NCBI RefSeq assembly: GCF_003428155.1
Contig: NZ_QLIR01000001.1
Location: 150,001-182,000 of the forward strand
Reading direction: 5' to 3'
Length of the DNA stretch: 32,000 nt
Origin: Fastidiosibacter lacustris
GTDB taxonomy: Bacteria; Pseudomonadota; Gammaproteobacteria; Francisellales; Francisellaceae
Made by a program: the position numbers and the translations under genes
Part shown: piece by piece, positions 15,721-26,013 of the stretch
How the letters are laid out: every line of letters starts with the position of its first letter
Numbering within the stretch: the first letter of the stretch is position 1
Notes under the pieces: model-generated
Databases searched by the model: none
What the model was told of the DNA's origin: nothing
What the model saw: only the letters and a program-made list of their open reading frames with translations

Positions 15721-15806
15721 TTGACTAAAATCAACTTAAGTTTCATGGTTGGGTATTGTAACGTAAATTTTAGAAATAAGAAATTTCTCTGAAGTCTTTT
15801 GTTTAT

Positions 15807-17678
15807 CTATACAGTCAATTGATAAGGTACTTCAACAATGACTCGTGCCTGCCCCTTTGTTTCAGTTTTGCTAACAGACTTTAAGCCCCAGCGTAAAAGG
15901 GCTGTTTTTTGATTGTGAAGTAAGGTATGCCAGAGTTTAGTGGTTTCAGCTTTTGGTAGCACTAATACAGACAAGCCACGCTCAGGTTCAGTTAAATCGC
16001 GTCTACGAATAAATTTGATAAGTGGTTTGGTAAGTGATTGATATTGAGATTCAAGGACGATAAGCTCTTCAGGAAAGTTGAGATCACGCCACTTTTTTTG
16101 TAGTCTTTCAGTTTTATCAGGATTGATATTGATAATCACAGGAGTAACATCAGGTGAAATTTGACGGGCAAAGTTTAAGGCAGCTATTGTACCTTTATGC
16201 AATTTAGAAATGGGTACAATCACTTTTGAATGAAAATCTTTTTGTAAAAAGGTTTCAATAAGTCCAGTATCAGCACTTAAAGAAAGCTCTTGGTCAGCTA
16301 AACAATAATGGTGGTGAATACGGTAGAACATAAGGATTAATAGTGGCAAAGCGACGATGATAATCCAAGCACCTTCAAAGAACTTTGATTCAACAACCAC
16401 AAGTACGGCAATAAAGGTACAAATGCAACCAAAGCTATTAATAATGGCTTTAACCCACCAGGTTTTCACATGACGACGGCGACTATACCAGACACGTACC
16501 AAACCAGCTTGGCATAAAGTAAAAGCTAAAAATACACCGATAGAGTAAAGGGGAATTAAGGCACTTGTGTTGGCCGCAAAAACGATAATCAAAACACAAG
16601 CAAAAATAGCTAAGGCAATAATACCATTACTAAATGCAAGTCTATCACCAATATTCTGTAATTGGCGTGGCAAAAAGCCGTCTTTGCTGATCATTGAAGT
16701 CAGTAATGGAAAGCCTGCAAAAGATGTATTTGCTGCCAATAATAAAATCAAACAGGTTACGGTTTGTAAAAGATAATAAAAGAAACCATTGCCATAAATA
16801 CTATGTCCAACTTGAGATAGTAAGCTTTGATTAGTTAAAGGACGTAGCTCTAAGTTTGCCACAAGAAATGAAATTCCTAAGAACATAGATATCAGGAGTA
16901 CGATTAAAATCATAAGCGTAATTGATGCGTTTTTTGCACGTGGTTGCTTAAAAGACATTACACCATTAGCTACTGCTTCAATTCCTGTCATGGCAGAACA
17001 TCCAGAAGAGAATGCGCGAAGAATAACGGTTAGTGTTAATACACCTGTAATGGGTTCCATTAAATCTATTGCATGACTGTAGTCAACAGGTGCTAAATCA
17101 TTGGTAAAATAGCGATATAATCCTATTCCAATCATGACAAGAATCACTACTACAAACGCATAAGTTGGCCACATAAATGCAGTAGCTGATTCCTTCATGC
17201 CGCGAAGGTTCATCCACATAATGCCAATAATAGCAATAATAGCTAATAACTCTGCATATGATTGTAAAGAAGGAAGTGCTGAGGTAATGGCAAGAATCCC
17301 AGCTGATACACTTACTGCAACTGTAAGGATATAGTCAAGCATAAGTGCTCCTGCTGCCAATAGCCCCATAAAAGTGCCAAGATTTTCACGTGCAACGATA
17401 TAAGCACCACCACCTTCAGGATAAGCATCAATAGCTTGCTTATAAGAGACCCCGACAATAACAATTAAGATTGCAATAAATATCGCAATGTGCAGAGACA
17501 TGCTAAGTGCTGCAACGCCAGCTACGATTAAAACGGTTAAAATCTCACCCGTTGCATAGGCAACAGATGATAGTGCATCGGAGGAAAAAATTGCTAAAGC
17601 ATGCTTTTTTGGTAGGGCTTGTTCTTCAGCTTGCGTTTTAGGGATTGGATCACCAAAAATGATGCGCTCTAATTTCAT
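15807..17678 (-). CDS. APC-superfamily permease with a C-terminal cytoplasmic domain (KimA-like)
   Basis: 623 aa with about 12 hydrophobic helices. The N-terminus 'AIFSSDALSSVAYATGEIL' is typical of this subfamily, and a soluble tail of roughly 150 aa follows. Confidence 0.75.
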   Translation of the reverse strand: MKLERIIFGDPIPKTQAEEQALPKKHALAIFSSDALSSVAYATGEILTVLIVAGVAALSMSLHIAIFIAILIVIVGVSYKQAIDAYPEGGGAYIVARENLGTFMGLLAAGALMLDYILTVAVSVSAGILAITSALPSLQSYAELLAIIAIIGIMWMNLRGMKESATAFMWPTYAFVVVILVMIGIGLYRYFTNDLAPVDYSHAIDLMEPITGVLTLTVILRAFSSGCSAMTGIEAVANGVMSFKQPRAKNASITLMILIVLLISMFLGISFLVANLELRPLTNQSLLSQVGHSIYGNGFFYYLLQTVTCLILLLAANTSFAGFPLLTSMISKDGFLPRQLQNIGDRLAFSNGIIALAIFACVLIIVFAANTSALIPLYSIGVFLAFTLCQAGLVRVWYSRRRHVKTWWVKAIINSFGCICTFIAVLVVVESKFFEGAWIIIVALPLLILMFYRIHHHYCLADQELSLSADTGLIETFLQKDFHSKVIVPISKLHKGTIAALNFARQISPDVTPVIININPDKTERLQKKWRDLNFPEELIVLESQYQSLTKPLIKFIRRRDLTEPERGLSVLVLPKAETTKLWHTLLHNQKTALLRWGLKSVSKTETKGQARVIVEVPYQLTV

Positions 17679-17829
17679 GGTTAAAGTCCATTTTTTCTCA
17701 TCAATTGAGTGAATTTACACGATTTTTATTTTTTAGGCAACTTGTACAATTTTAACAGACTATATAAATTTAGATCTAACTTGATCAGTACCTATTTATC
17801 AAACCCTTTAAATATAAGCATCTTCTTTT

Positions 17830-19089
17830 TTAACCACGTTTCATAATGTTGAAAAATTCTTCATTAGTTTGTGTTTTTTTCAAGCGCTCAGTCAAGAACT
17901 CCATAGCTTGGATATCTTCCATTTCATGTAGAATTTTACGCAAAATCCAGAGTTTCTGTAGCTCCTCTTGGGTGGTGAGTAGTTCTTCACGACGTGTACC
18001 AGAGCGCGCAAAGCTAATCGCAGGGTAAACACGTTTTTCTGCAATTTTACGATCAAGATGTAGTTCCATGTTACCTGTCCCTTTGAACTCTTCAAAGATC
18101 ACCTCATCCATTTTAGAACCTGTTTCGACAAGGGCAGTTGCAATGATCGTTAAGCTGCCACCTTCAGCAGTGTTACGTGCTGCACCAAAAAAACGCTTTG
18201 GTTTTTGTAGTGCATTAGCTTCAACACCACCAGATAACACACGTCCTGAAGCAGGCGAGACGGTGTTATAAGCGCGTGCAAGGCGAGTAATTGAATCTAA
18301 AAGAATCACCACATCTTGTTTATGCTCAACCAAACGCTTTGCTTTTTCGATCACAATTTCGGCTAATTGAACATGGCGTGCAGCAGGTTCATCAAAGGTG
18401 CTTGCAACGACTTCACCACGAACTGAGCGTTGCATTTCTGTTACCTCTTCTGGACGCTCATCGATTAAGAGCACGATCAAATAACATTCTGGATATTTTT
18501 TAGCAATTGAGGATGCAATATTTTGCATCATGATCGTCTTACCAGTTTTTGGGGGAGCAACGATCAAACCACGCTGACCTTTACCAAAAGGTGCGGCTAA
18601 ATCAATAATACGCGCGGTAATATCCTCACTTGAGCCATTTCCAAGCTCCATTGATAAACGTTCTTTTGCATATTCTGGTGTTAAATTTTCAAATAACACC
18701 TTGGTACGAGCTAATTCAGGGGAGTCAAAGTTAACGCTATCGATATGTTTAACTGCAAAATAGCGTTCATTATCTTTAGGGGGACGAATTTTACCAATAA
18801 TGCTATCGCCTGTACGCAAGTTTAGCTTACGGATAAAAGTAGGGGAGACATAAATATCATCAGGCGAGGCAAAATAAGAAGTGTCAGATGAACGTAAAAA
18901 GCCATAACCATCTTGTAATACTTCTAGTACACCTTCACCATATATATCTTCACCTTTATCGGCATGTTCTTTTAAGATATTGAAAATAATTTCTTGTTTG
19001 CGTGCACGACCTGTTGCTTCGAGTCCAAGTGCGCGTGAAAGCTCCATAAGCTCGGGAATAGATCTATTTTTTAAATCAGTTAAATTCAT
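17830..19089 (-). CDS. rho: Transcription termination factor Rho
   Basis: 419 aa with '[14 protein letters not shown]', the Walker A motif 'APPKTGKT' and a conserved C-terminus. Confidence 0.97.
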   Translation of the reverse strand: MNLTDLKNRSIPELMELSRALGLEATGRARKQEIIFNILKEHADKGEDIYGEGVLEVLQDGYGFLRSSDTSYFASPDDIYVSPTFIRKLNLRTGDSIIGKIRPPKDNERYFAVKHIDSVNFDSPELARTKVLFENLTPEYAKERLSMELGNGSSEDITARIIDLAAPFGKGQRGLIVAPPKTGKTIMMQNIASSIAKKYPECYLIVLLIDERPEEVTEMQRSVRGEVVASTFDEPAARHVQLAEIVIEKAKRLVEHKQDVVILLDSITRLARAYNTVSPASGRVLSGGVEANALQKPKRFFGAARNTAEGGSLTIIATALVETGSKMDEVIFEEFKGTGNMELHLDRKIAEKRVYPAISFARSGTRREELLTTQEELQKLWILRKILHEMEDIQAMEFLTERLKKTQTNEEFFNIMKRG

Positions 19090-19152
19090 TAGGAAACTCT
19101 TTGTTAGTTAAGTGAAGAAGGGGAACCCCTTCGAGTTGAACGGAATATTTTT

Positions 19153-19476
19153 TTAAATGTGTTTATCAAGGATTTGAATAAGCTGAGATTTTTGCACAGC
19201 GCCTACTTTGGTTTCAACGTTTTCACCATCTTTGAAGACCATAAGTGTAGGAATGCCACGTACACCAAATTTGGCAGGAACTTCTTGGTTATCATCAACA
19301 TTGATTTTAACCACTTTTAACTTATCACCGTAGTGTTCTGCAATTTGGTCAAGAACAGGCGCAATCATTTTACATGGGCCACACCAAGGCGCCCAAAAAT
19401 CAACAAGGACGGGTCGTTCACTGTTGATGACTTCAGCATCAAATTGATGATCAGTGATATTAAGACATTGAGACAT
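19153..19476 (-). CDS. trxA: Thioredoxin
   Basis: 107 aa with a WCGPC active site. Confidence 0.97.
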   Translation of the reverse strand: MSQCLNITDHQFDAEVINSERPVLVDFWAPWCGPCKMIAPVLDQIAEHYGDKLKVVKINVDDNQEVPAKFGVRGIPTLMVFKDGENVETKVGAVQKSQLIQILDKHI

Positions 19477-19914
19477 TATTGTGTTCCTTTAAGTTTTTGT
19501 ATTGTCATTAAAAAATATTGCTCGCCGATTCTAACAGAAAAGGTGCATAAGGTGAACGCAAATCCCTGCTAAATTTTTTAATTTGGATTAACGGTAAAAT
19601 CATAAAGCTGTTAACTATTTTGATATCTTACTCAAAATAGTCCTTATAGCTAAAAGCTGGAAATTGTTTCAGAATAGTTCTACCTAAGTTTCAAACACCT
19701 TTGGTGAAGCTTTCAACTGAAATCTTAGATATATCATTTAAGAATGGCAGCAAAAATACCTTGATTTTATTAATGGATCATGATTGAAAAATATCATTTA
19801 GAATCCATAATGCAAGTTCAAAAGTTGAACCATCATTAAAGTTTGACATTCAGCTTTTGAGTTCACCAAAAACCTTATTTAAAAATAAATTAAGCATCCA
19901 AAGCAAGGGTAAAA

Positions 19915-20034
19915 ATGAAAGTAGTTAGCTTGTTTTCTGGTGCTGGGGGACTGAACTTGGGCTTCAAACAAGCTGGGTTTGAGTGCATGTGGGCGAATGA
20001 ATACGATAAGACAATCTGGGAAACCTATACTGCT
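19915..20034 (+). pseudogene. 5' remnant of a DNA (cytosine-5) methyltransferase gene
   Basis: '[38 protein letters not shown]' carries motif I (FxGxG) and the ENV/ExD-type motif II region. Similarity ends about where the convergent topA stop (20033) lies. The ORF then runs into topA antisense and stops at 20070 (51 codons). Confidence 0.7.
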
Positions 20035-22351
20035 ATTCCATTGTGGGTTGTTCGGTTTGATTTAAGTTAATGCTGTAATCGCATTCTGTATTAGGGCAAA
20101 CTTTTTGCTCACCGTCTTTTTTTGTTGTCTTGTGCAACAAAATAGGGGAGTGACATTTAGGACATTCTTCCTGAATGGGCGGATACCAAAATGAGTTCTT
20201 ACACTTTGGAAATCCTGCACACGCATAAAATACCTTGCCTTTACGTGATTTTTTTTCAACAAAGTTATTTTTTTTGCATTTCGGGCATTGAATTCCTAAG
20301 TCTTTTGGCTTTTCCAATGGTTCCATGTGTTTACATTTAGGATACCCCGAGCAGCCAATAAACTTGCCATATCGACCTTGTTTGATCAACAGATCCGACT
20401 CGCATTCAGGACATTTTCGATCTGGGACAATCTCAGGTGCCTCCTTTTCAACGGACTCCTCATTATCTTTGACAATAGCACGTGTATAAGTACATGCTGG
20501 GTAATTGGTGCAACCGATAAAGCGTCCACTGCGACCAAGGCGAATCGAAAGCTTATGACCACATTCGGGGCAATCTTCATCCATTTTTTCATGGGTGACA
20601 TCACTTTTTTTAATGCTTTCATCAATGGAGGTAATTTGGTTGATAAAAGGCTCCCAGAATTGTTTTAAAACCGGAATCCAGTCAATTTTACCTTCTGCAA
20701 TATTATCTAGCTCATCCTCAAGTTTTGCAGTGAAACTATATTCAACATAGTGATGGAAATAATTGGTTAAAAAGCTATTAACAATCCGCCCTACATCCGT
20801 TGGTTTAAAGCGTTTTTTCTCTAAAATAACATAGTCACGTTGTTGTAAAGTAGAAATAATGGTGGCATAAGTAGAAGGTCGACCAATACCGTATTCTTCT
20901 AATGCTTTAACAAGAGAAGCTTCACTATAGCGAGGCGGTGGCTCCGTAAAATGTTGCTTCCCAATGATGTCGATGACTGGAATTTTTTCACCTTCTTTAA
21001 CTGTAGGTAAAATCAAGCCTTCGTCGCTATCAACTGATGCGTCTTCATCTTTTGCTTCTTGATAAACTGCTAAAAAGCCAGGCTTGGCAATCACAGAACC
21101 TGTCGCCTTAAAAGCATGTGCTTTGTTTTCAGTCATAAACTCAATAGCAACAGTATCCATTAATGCATGGATCATTTGGCAAGCAACCGTACGCTTCCAA
21201 ATAAGATCATATAGCTTAAGTTGATCATTCGTTAGGAAAGTCTTTAAATCTTGTGGCTTATGTAATACGGAAGTAGGACGAATCGCTTCATGTGCTTCTT
21301 GAGCATTTTGGCTTTTTGTTTTGTAGATCTGTTCTTTACTCGGCAAATGGTCTTGATCATATTCTTTAGCGATAAAGGTTCTGATTTCACTGATTGCATC
21401 TTGTGACAAACTGGTTGAATCTGTACGCATATAAGTAATTAAACCCACGGCACCTTGAGCACCTAAATCTATGCCTTCATACAACTGTTGGGCTAACATC
21501 ATCGTTTTTTTAGTGGTAAAGCCCAATTTTCTAACAGCATCTTGCTGCAAGGTTGATGTAATGAAAGGAGGCAGCGGATTGCGTCGTTTTTGCTTTTTGT
21601 CGATGCTGTGAACGATAAGCTCATCATTGGTATCTTTTTTAATAATATCAAGTGCCTGTATAGCTTGAGTTTCATTTGTAAAACTAAACTGCTCGCATTT
21701 TTGATAATTAAATTGGCTTAATTTAGCAAAGAACTTTTTACGTTTTTTAAGCTCAGCAGTAATGCTCCAATACTCTTGTGATTGAAAGCCTTCGATTTCA
21801 AGTTCACGCTCTACGATCATCCTAAGAGCTGGGCTTTGCACACGTCCAGCTGAAAGACCGCGACGCACTTTTTTCCACAAGAGTGGAGAAAGCTTAAAGC
21901 CAACCAAAAAATCAAGTGCCCGTCTTGCTTGCTGAGCGTTAACAAGCTCCATGGCAAGTGTACGTGGATTGGCAACGGCTGCGGTTACTGCAGATTTCGT
22001 TATTTCATTAAAAGCAATTCGATGCACAATTTTATTTTTCAATAGATTTGCATCGTTTAGAAGCTCATAAATATGCCAAGAAATTGCCTCACCTTCACGA
22101 TCAGGGTCTGTTGCTAAATAAATATGGTTTGCTGTTTTTGCCGCTTTTTTTATGACATCAATATGACGCTTGTTGCGTTCAATGAGCTGATACTTCATTT
22201 TAAAGTTATCTTCAACGTCAATGGAAGCTTCTTTAGGCTCTAAATCACGAACGTGTCCATAAGAAGCAAGGATTTCAAAATCACTGCCAAGGTATTTTTT
22301 AATTGTTTTAGACTTTGCAGGAGACTCTACAATTACAAGGTTTTTCGTCAT
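20033..22351 (-). CDS. topA: DNA topoisomerase I
   Basis: 772 aa. The N-terminal TOPRIM region is '[18 protein letters not shown]', the active-site region is '[10 protein letters not shown]', and several C-terminal C4 zinc ribbons are present. Confidence 0.97.
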   Translation of the reverse strand: MTKNLVIVESPAKSKTIKKYLGSDFEILASYGHVRDLEPKEASIDVEDNFKMKYQLIERNKRHIDVIKKAAKTANHIYLATDPDREGEAISWHIYELLNDANLLKNKIVHRIAFNEITKSAVTAAVANPRTLAMELVNAQQARRALDFLVGFKLSPLLWKKVRRGLSAGRVQSPALRMIVERELEIEGFQSQEYWSITAELKKRKKFFAKLSQFNYQKCEQFSFTNETQAIQALDIIKKDTNDELIVHSIDKKQKRRNPLPPFITSTLQQDAVRKLGFTTKKTMMLAQQLYEGIDLGAQGAVGLITYMRTDSTSLSQDAISEIRTFIAKEYDQDHLPSKEQIYKTKSQNAQEAHEAIRPTSVLHKPQDLKTFLTNDQLKLYDLIWKRTVACQMIHALMDTVAIEFMTENKAHAFKATGSVIAKPGFLAVYQEAKDEDASVDSDEGLILPTVKEGEKIPVIDIIGKQHFTEPPPRYSEASLVKALEEYGIGRPSTYATIISTLQQRDYVILEKKRFKPTDVGRIVNSFLTNYFHHYVEYSFTAKLEDELDNIAEGKIDWIPVLKQFWEPFINQITSIDESIKKSDVTHEKMDEDCPECGHKLSIRLGRSGRFIGCTNYPACTYTRAIVKDNEESVEKEAPEIVPDRKCPECESDLLIKQGRYGKFIGCSGYPKCKHMEPLEKPKDLGIQCPKCKKNNFVEKKSRKGKVFYACAGFPKCKNSFWYPPIQEECPKCHSPILLHKTTKKDGEQKVCPNTECDYSINLNQTEQPTME

Positions 22352-22505
22352 GGTTTATTCTTAGTTTTTAATTTTTTCTTTCATTTTAATTAAGCAATGT
22401 TCGATTTATATTGCTAGCGTACTTTTTGTTGGTCATATAAGAATTTGTTATATCTTCCAGCTATTATCATTTGCTAAATCTAACGATTTTAAGTCAAATT
22501 GCAAA

Positions 22506-25500
22506 CTATTTCGTGCTTAAAAGCGCAGCAGCAGCGGTAAAACCTGAGCCAAAAGCACAAAGGGCAACTTTATTACCTACTGGTCGCTGATTTAACGTTT
22601 CAGCTAAAGCAATTGGTATCGTGCATGAAGAGGTGTTTCCATAGCGTGCGATATTACTATAAAGTGTTCCCGGGAGCATTTTTAAACGTTTTTCAACGGC
22701 ATTGGAAATGCGCTGGTTGGCTTGATGTGGAATTACTAAGTCCACGCTGTTGAGTGTAATGTTGGCTTGTTGACAACATTTGTGCATAATCATTGACATG
22801 GTTTTAACCGCAAATGTGAATAATTTTTTACCTTGTAATTGTGTAAAGGCATCTTTGGCAGTTGGGACATTTAGGATATCGCCATTTTCAGCTGTTGCAG
22901 TCAATGAGATTTCGTCGATTATCGCTTTTGAGTCATTTTTGTAAGCATCACCATTGATAATCGTAGCAGTCGCTGCGTCACCAAATAGAAATGCAGTATC
23001 AAAGTCAGTTTGATCTAAACGCTTAGTCATATATTCAGCACTAATCAAAAGGACGCGTTTATTAGGTCTTGTTTGTAAGTAATCACGTGCGCTTTGTAAA
23101 GCATACAAATAACCGCTACAGGCAGCATTAATATCATAAGCAGGAATGTTTTGCTCGCCATAAGTATGATAAAGTTTCTCTAAAATCAAACATGACATAG
23201 AAGGTGAGAGATACTGATCTGGGGTGCAGGTTGAGCAAATGACCATGTCAATATCACTTAAGCTTAAATTGCTTTGTTTTAAAGCATCTTTAGCAACGCT
23301 CGCTGCAAGATCGATAATATTCTCATCTTTCGCCAGCCAAAAGCGTGATTCAATACCGGTACGATTAATAATATCCTCAGATTGATGATCAGGAAAGTTC
23401 GTCAGTAACTCATCATTGGTCACAAGCCTTGAGCCTGTTTTAAAACAAGGTGTACTAATTCCAACAGGATAGATACTATGTGGTTTGTTCTGTCTTGCTA
23501 TTTCTTCTTGGATTTTACGTATTAAAATAGGGCGTTTTTGAATTTTTTGATCATTTAGACTTCCCTCAGGCAATCTAAGTTTTAATAAATTCTCACCAAC
23601 AGTTGCGCGTTCAGATTCATTAACATAGATTTCCTCCACTACCCCATTACTTGGAGAGAGTATTTCGCCTGCAGATTTACTGGCTTCTAAATCAACCAGT
23701 TTATCCCCGACTTTAATATAATCACCAACCTTAACGTGAAGCTCGGTAATCAAAACGCTTTCATCTGAAGGACTTGCACCAATAACTTCAATATTATAAA
23801 AGCCCACATCGTTATGATTTGTCACTTCCCATTCTAATGACAGGTCAAGCAATTGGGTCGCAGCGGTTAAAATACGTTCGTAAGAGGGCAATACTTCCAT
23901 TTGATTGTCAAAATTGCAAGGCACATAAGTATCGGCACGGGTGATACGTTTTACTTTAATCAATCTTTTTGCCTGTTCTACGACAGAGGCAATAATATCG
24001 CCACCAACCCCACATGTGAAATTATCTTCATGAGTGACGATTAAGTATCCAGTTTTCTCAGCTGAAGCTAAAACTGTGCTTAAGTCATACGGTTTAATTG
24101 TGCGTAGATCAATAATTTCACTATCTATACCAACGGTTGCTAAAGTGTCTGCAACTTCTTGGCACAATGATACTGTATTTCCCCAGCCAACAAATGTAAT
24201 ATCTGAACCTGCTTTAACAATCCGTGCTTTGCCAACGGGCACGATTTGTTTATTGACATCAGTTGAAGTCGTATCTTCAATACTTGTATTGTTTAAGAGC
24301 TTTTTAGGATATAAAAATACACTGGGTCGATTAGACTCAAAAGCAGCATTAAGCATGCCTGCTGCATCTGAAGCATTAGAGGGCATATAAACATCAACTC
24401 CAGGAATGTGAGCAAATGTACCTTCATTAGTTTGAGCGTGAAAAGGACCAAGACCTGGGCGATAACCACCACAAGCTGCAAACACAATTACAGGACACTC
24501 CCAGTCACCGTTTGAGCGCCAATACATGGTTGCAAGCTCAGTAAACAGTAAGTTGTAAGCGGGTGGCATAAAATCAGCAAACTGAATAAAGGCAACGGGG
24601 CGCTTACCAGTTAGTGCCATCCCGATAGACACGCCCAAGATGGTGGCTTCGGCTAATGGACTGTTGATAACTCGACCTGGAAACTGAGTGGATAAACCTT
24701 TGGTTACACCAAAAACATCACCTTTTTCATCTTCGATGTCTTCACCCAAAAGATAAACACGATCATCATGCAATAAACGTTGGCGAAATACTTCACGCAT
24801 TGCAGCACCCATTCCAATACGAGTTTGTTGTGAAAAATCACCACGATACTCATAAGCATGTGGTAATAAATGTGCTGGCAAGGAGCGTTCAGCATTAAAA
24901 CACGCTTTAGGTGTGGTGCCTTGTAAAGCAAGTTCTACCGCGTCTTTAACCGCTTTTTTTGTATCGTTCTCTAATTGTTGTAGGAAGTTTTCTTTAACGC
25001 CTGCATTTAAAAGATATTGGCGACTTAAAGTAACAGGATCGTTTTGCTCAATACGAACAAGCTCTTTTTCATCGCGATAAATACGCTGATCATCAGCATT
25101 ACTGTGACTTTTTAGACGTTCTACTTTAAAGATAATGATATGAGGTGCACGATCTTTACGCATTTGAGCAATGATGCTTTCAATTTGCTCATGATATTCA
25201 AATGGTCTGCTACCATCAATATGAGTAATAGGAATATCATAAAATTCAGTTGGTTTTTTATTATTTGGTAGAGAGAAAAATGTTTTACCTTGAGTGCGAG
25301 TTGAAATTGCATATTCATTGTCTTGAACAACAAATAGTACAGGAAGGTTGCGACGCTTTGTCTCAGCAAATGCTTCCATTACCTCACCTTGTTGAGTAGT
25401 ACCATCACCCATTCCACAATAAACAATTGGTTGATCTATCAGACCTTTAATGCTTTGTGCAATACCTGCCGCAGGTAAAGCCTGATTGCCAACTGGAGTA

Positions 25501-25841
25501 ACAATGCTCACAATATTAAGTTTGCGTTCGCTGATGCCAATCACCATTTGGCGCCCATTTGACACACCTTCGGCTTTGCACAATGAGCTATAGAAGAACA
25601 TTGTTGCCTCGACGCCACGAGCGTGCATCAAAGGCTTGTCACGATAGTGGCAATGCAACCAATCAGAGGGTTTAAGGTATTCAGCAAAAATCGCAGCACC
25701 CTCATGACCTTTGGATGAAGCTAAAAAGTTAGCCTTGCCGCTATTGACAAGTTCGGCTTCAGTATTATCAATTTGGCGGATGCTATACATTTTTTGATAG
25801 CAGTGGATCAGTGTATTAAGCTTCGCAGTTGTTGCGCTCAT
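22506..25841 (-). CDS. Multidomain fusion: 2-oxoacid dehydrogenase E1alpha + E1beta + lipoyl/biotinyl-type domain + FabH-type beta-ketoacyl synthase III
   Basis: The ThDP motif is 'GMGDGTTQQGEV...VVQDNEYAIS'. The E1beta region is 'LLGEDIEDEKGDVFGVTKGL...SPLAEATILGVSIGMA'. The swinging-arm motif is 'KLVDLEASKSAGEI', with its Lys codon at 23676..23678. The KAS III triad is AACSG (Cys), PHQAN (His) and YGNTSS (Asn). ATG at 25841 with an AAGGAA SD is preferred over the track's GTG at 25871. Confidence 0.8.
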   Translation of the reverse strand: MSATTAKLNTLIHCYQKMYSIRQIDNTEAELVNSGKANFLASSKGHEGAAIFAEYLKPSDWLHCHYRDKPLMHARGVEATMFFYSSLCKAEGVSNGRQMVIGISERKLNIVSIVTPVGNQALPAAGIAQSIKGLIDQPIVYCGMGDGTTQQGEVMEAFAETKRRNLPVLFVVQDNEYAISTRTQGKTFFSLPNNKKPTEFYDIPITHIDGSRPFEYHEQIESIIAQMRKDRAPHIIIFKVERLKSHSNADDQRIYRDEKELVRIEQNDPVTLSRQYLLNAGVKENFLQQLENDTKKAVKDAVELALQGTTPKACFNAERSLPAHLLPHAYEYRGDFSQQTRIGMGAAMREVFRQRLLHDDRVYLLGEDIEDEKGDVFGVTKGLSTQFPGRVINSPLAEATILGVSIGMALTGKRPVAFIQFADFMPPAYNLLFTELATMYWRSNGDWECPVIVFAACGGYRPGLGPFHAQTNEGTFAHIPGVDVYMPSNASDAAGMLNAAFESNRPSVFLYPKKLLNNTSIEDTTSTDVNKQIVPVGKARIVKAGSDITFVGWGNTVSLCQEVADTLATVGIDSEIIDLRTIKPYDLSTVLASAEKTGYLIVTHEDNFTCGVGGDIIASVVEQAKRLIKVKRITRADTYVPCNFDNQMEVLPSYERILTAATQLLDLSLEWEVTNHNDVGFYNIEVIGASPSDESVLITELHVKVGDYIKVGDKLVDLEASKSAGEILSPSNGVVEEIYVNESERATVGENLLKLRLPEGSLNDQKIQKRPILIRKIQEEIARQNKPHSIYPVGISTPCFKTGSRLVTNDELLTNFPDHQSEDIINRTGIESRFWLAKDENIIDLAASVAKDALKQSNLSLSDIDMVICSTCTPDQYLSPSMSCLILEKLYHTYGEQNIPAYDINAACSGYLYALQSARDYLQTRPNKRVLLISAEYMTKRLDQTDFDTAFLFGDAATATIINGDAYKNDSKAIIDEISLTATAENGDILNVPTAKDAFTQLQGKKLFTFAVKTMSMIMHKCCQQANITLNSVDLVIPHQANQRISNAVEKRLKMLPGTLYSNIARYGNTSSCTIPIALAETLNQRPVGNKVALCAFGSGFTAAAALLSTK

Positions 25842-26013
25842 GAATGGTAGTTCCTTAATTAATGTACCCACAATTAAAGTCTTTAGGATTTAAATTAAGA
25901 GAAATATTGGTAAAGTTAATTGCTAATGTCAAATGTAAATCCTGCAAATTATATAAATCTTGGTTTTTTAATTTGTTGAAATTTGATAGTAAAACATGAA
26001 GTGGAATTATCGT

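Noticed and set aside
19117-19132. Palindrome gaagggg-aa-ccccttc between trxA and rho as an intrinsic terminator
   Set aside because: The loop is too tight as drawn, and no U-tract follows on the minus (transcribed) strand. It may be an attenuator or an RNA stability element, but I cannot support a terminator call.
19731-19804. ATATCATTTA(A)GAAT repeated exactly 60 bp apart in the trxA-topA spacer
   Set aside because: It is only a 10-bp exact match in very AT-rich DNA, so chance occurrence is plausible. There is no associated ORF or dyad symmetry.
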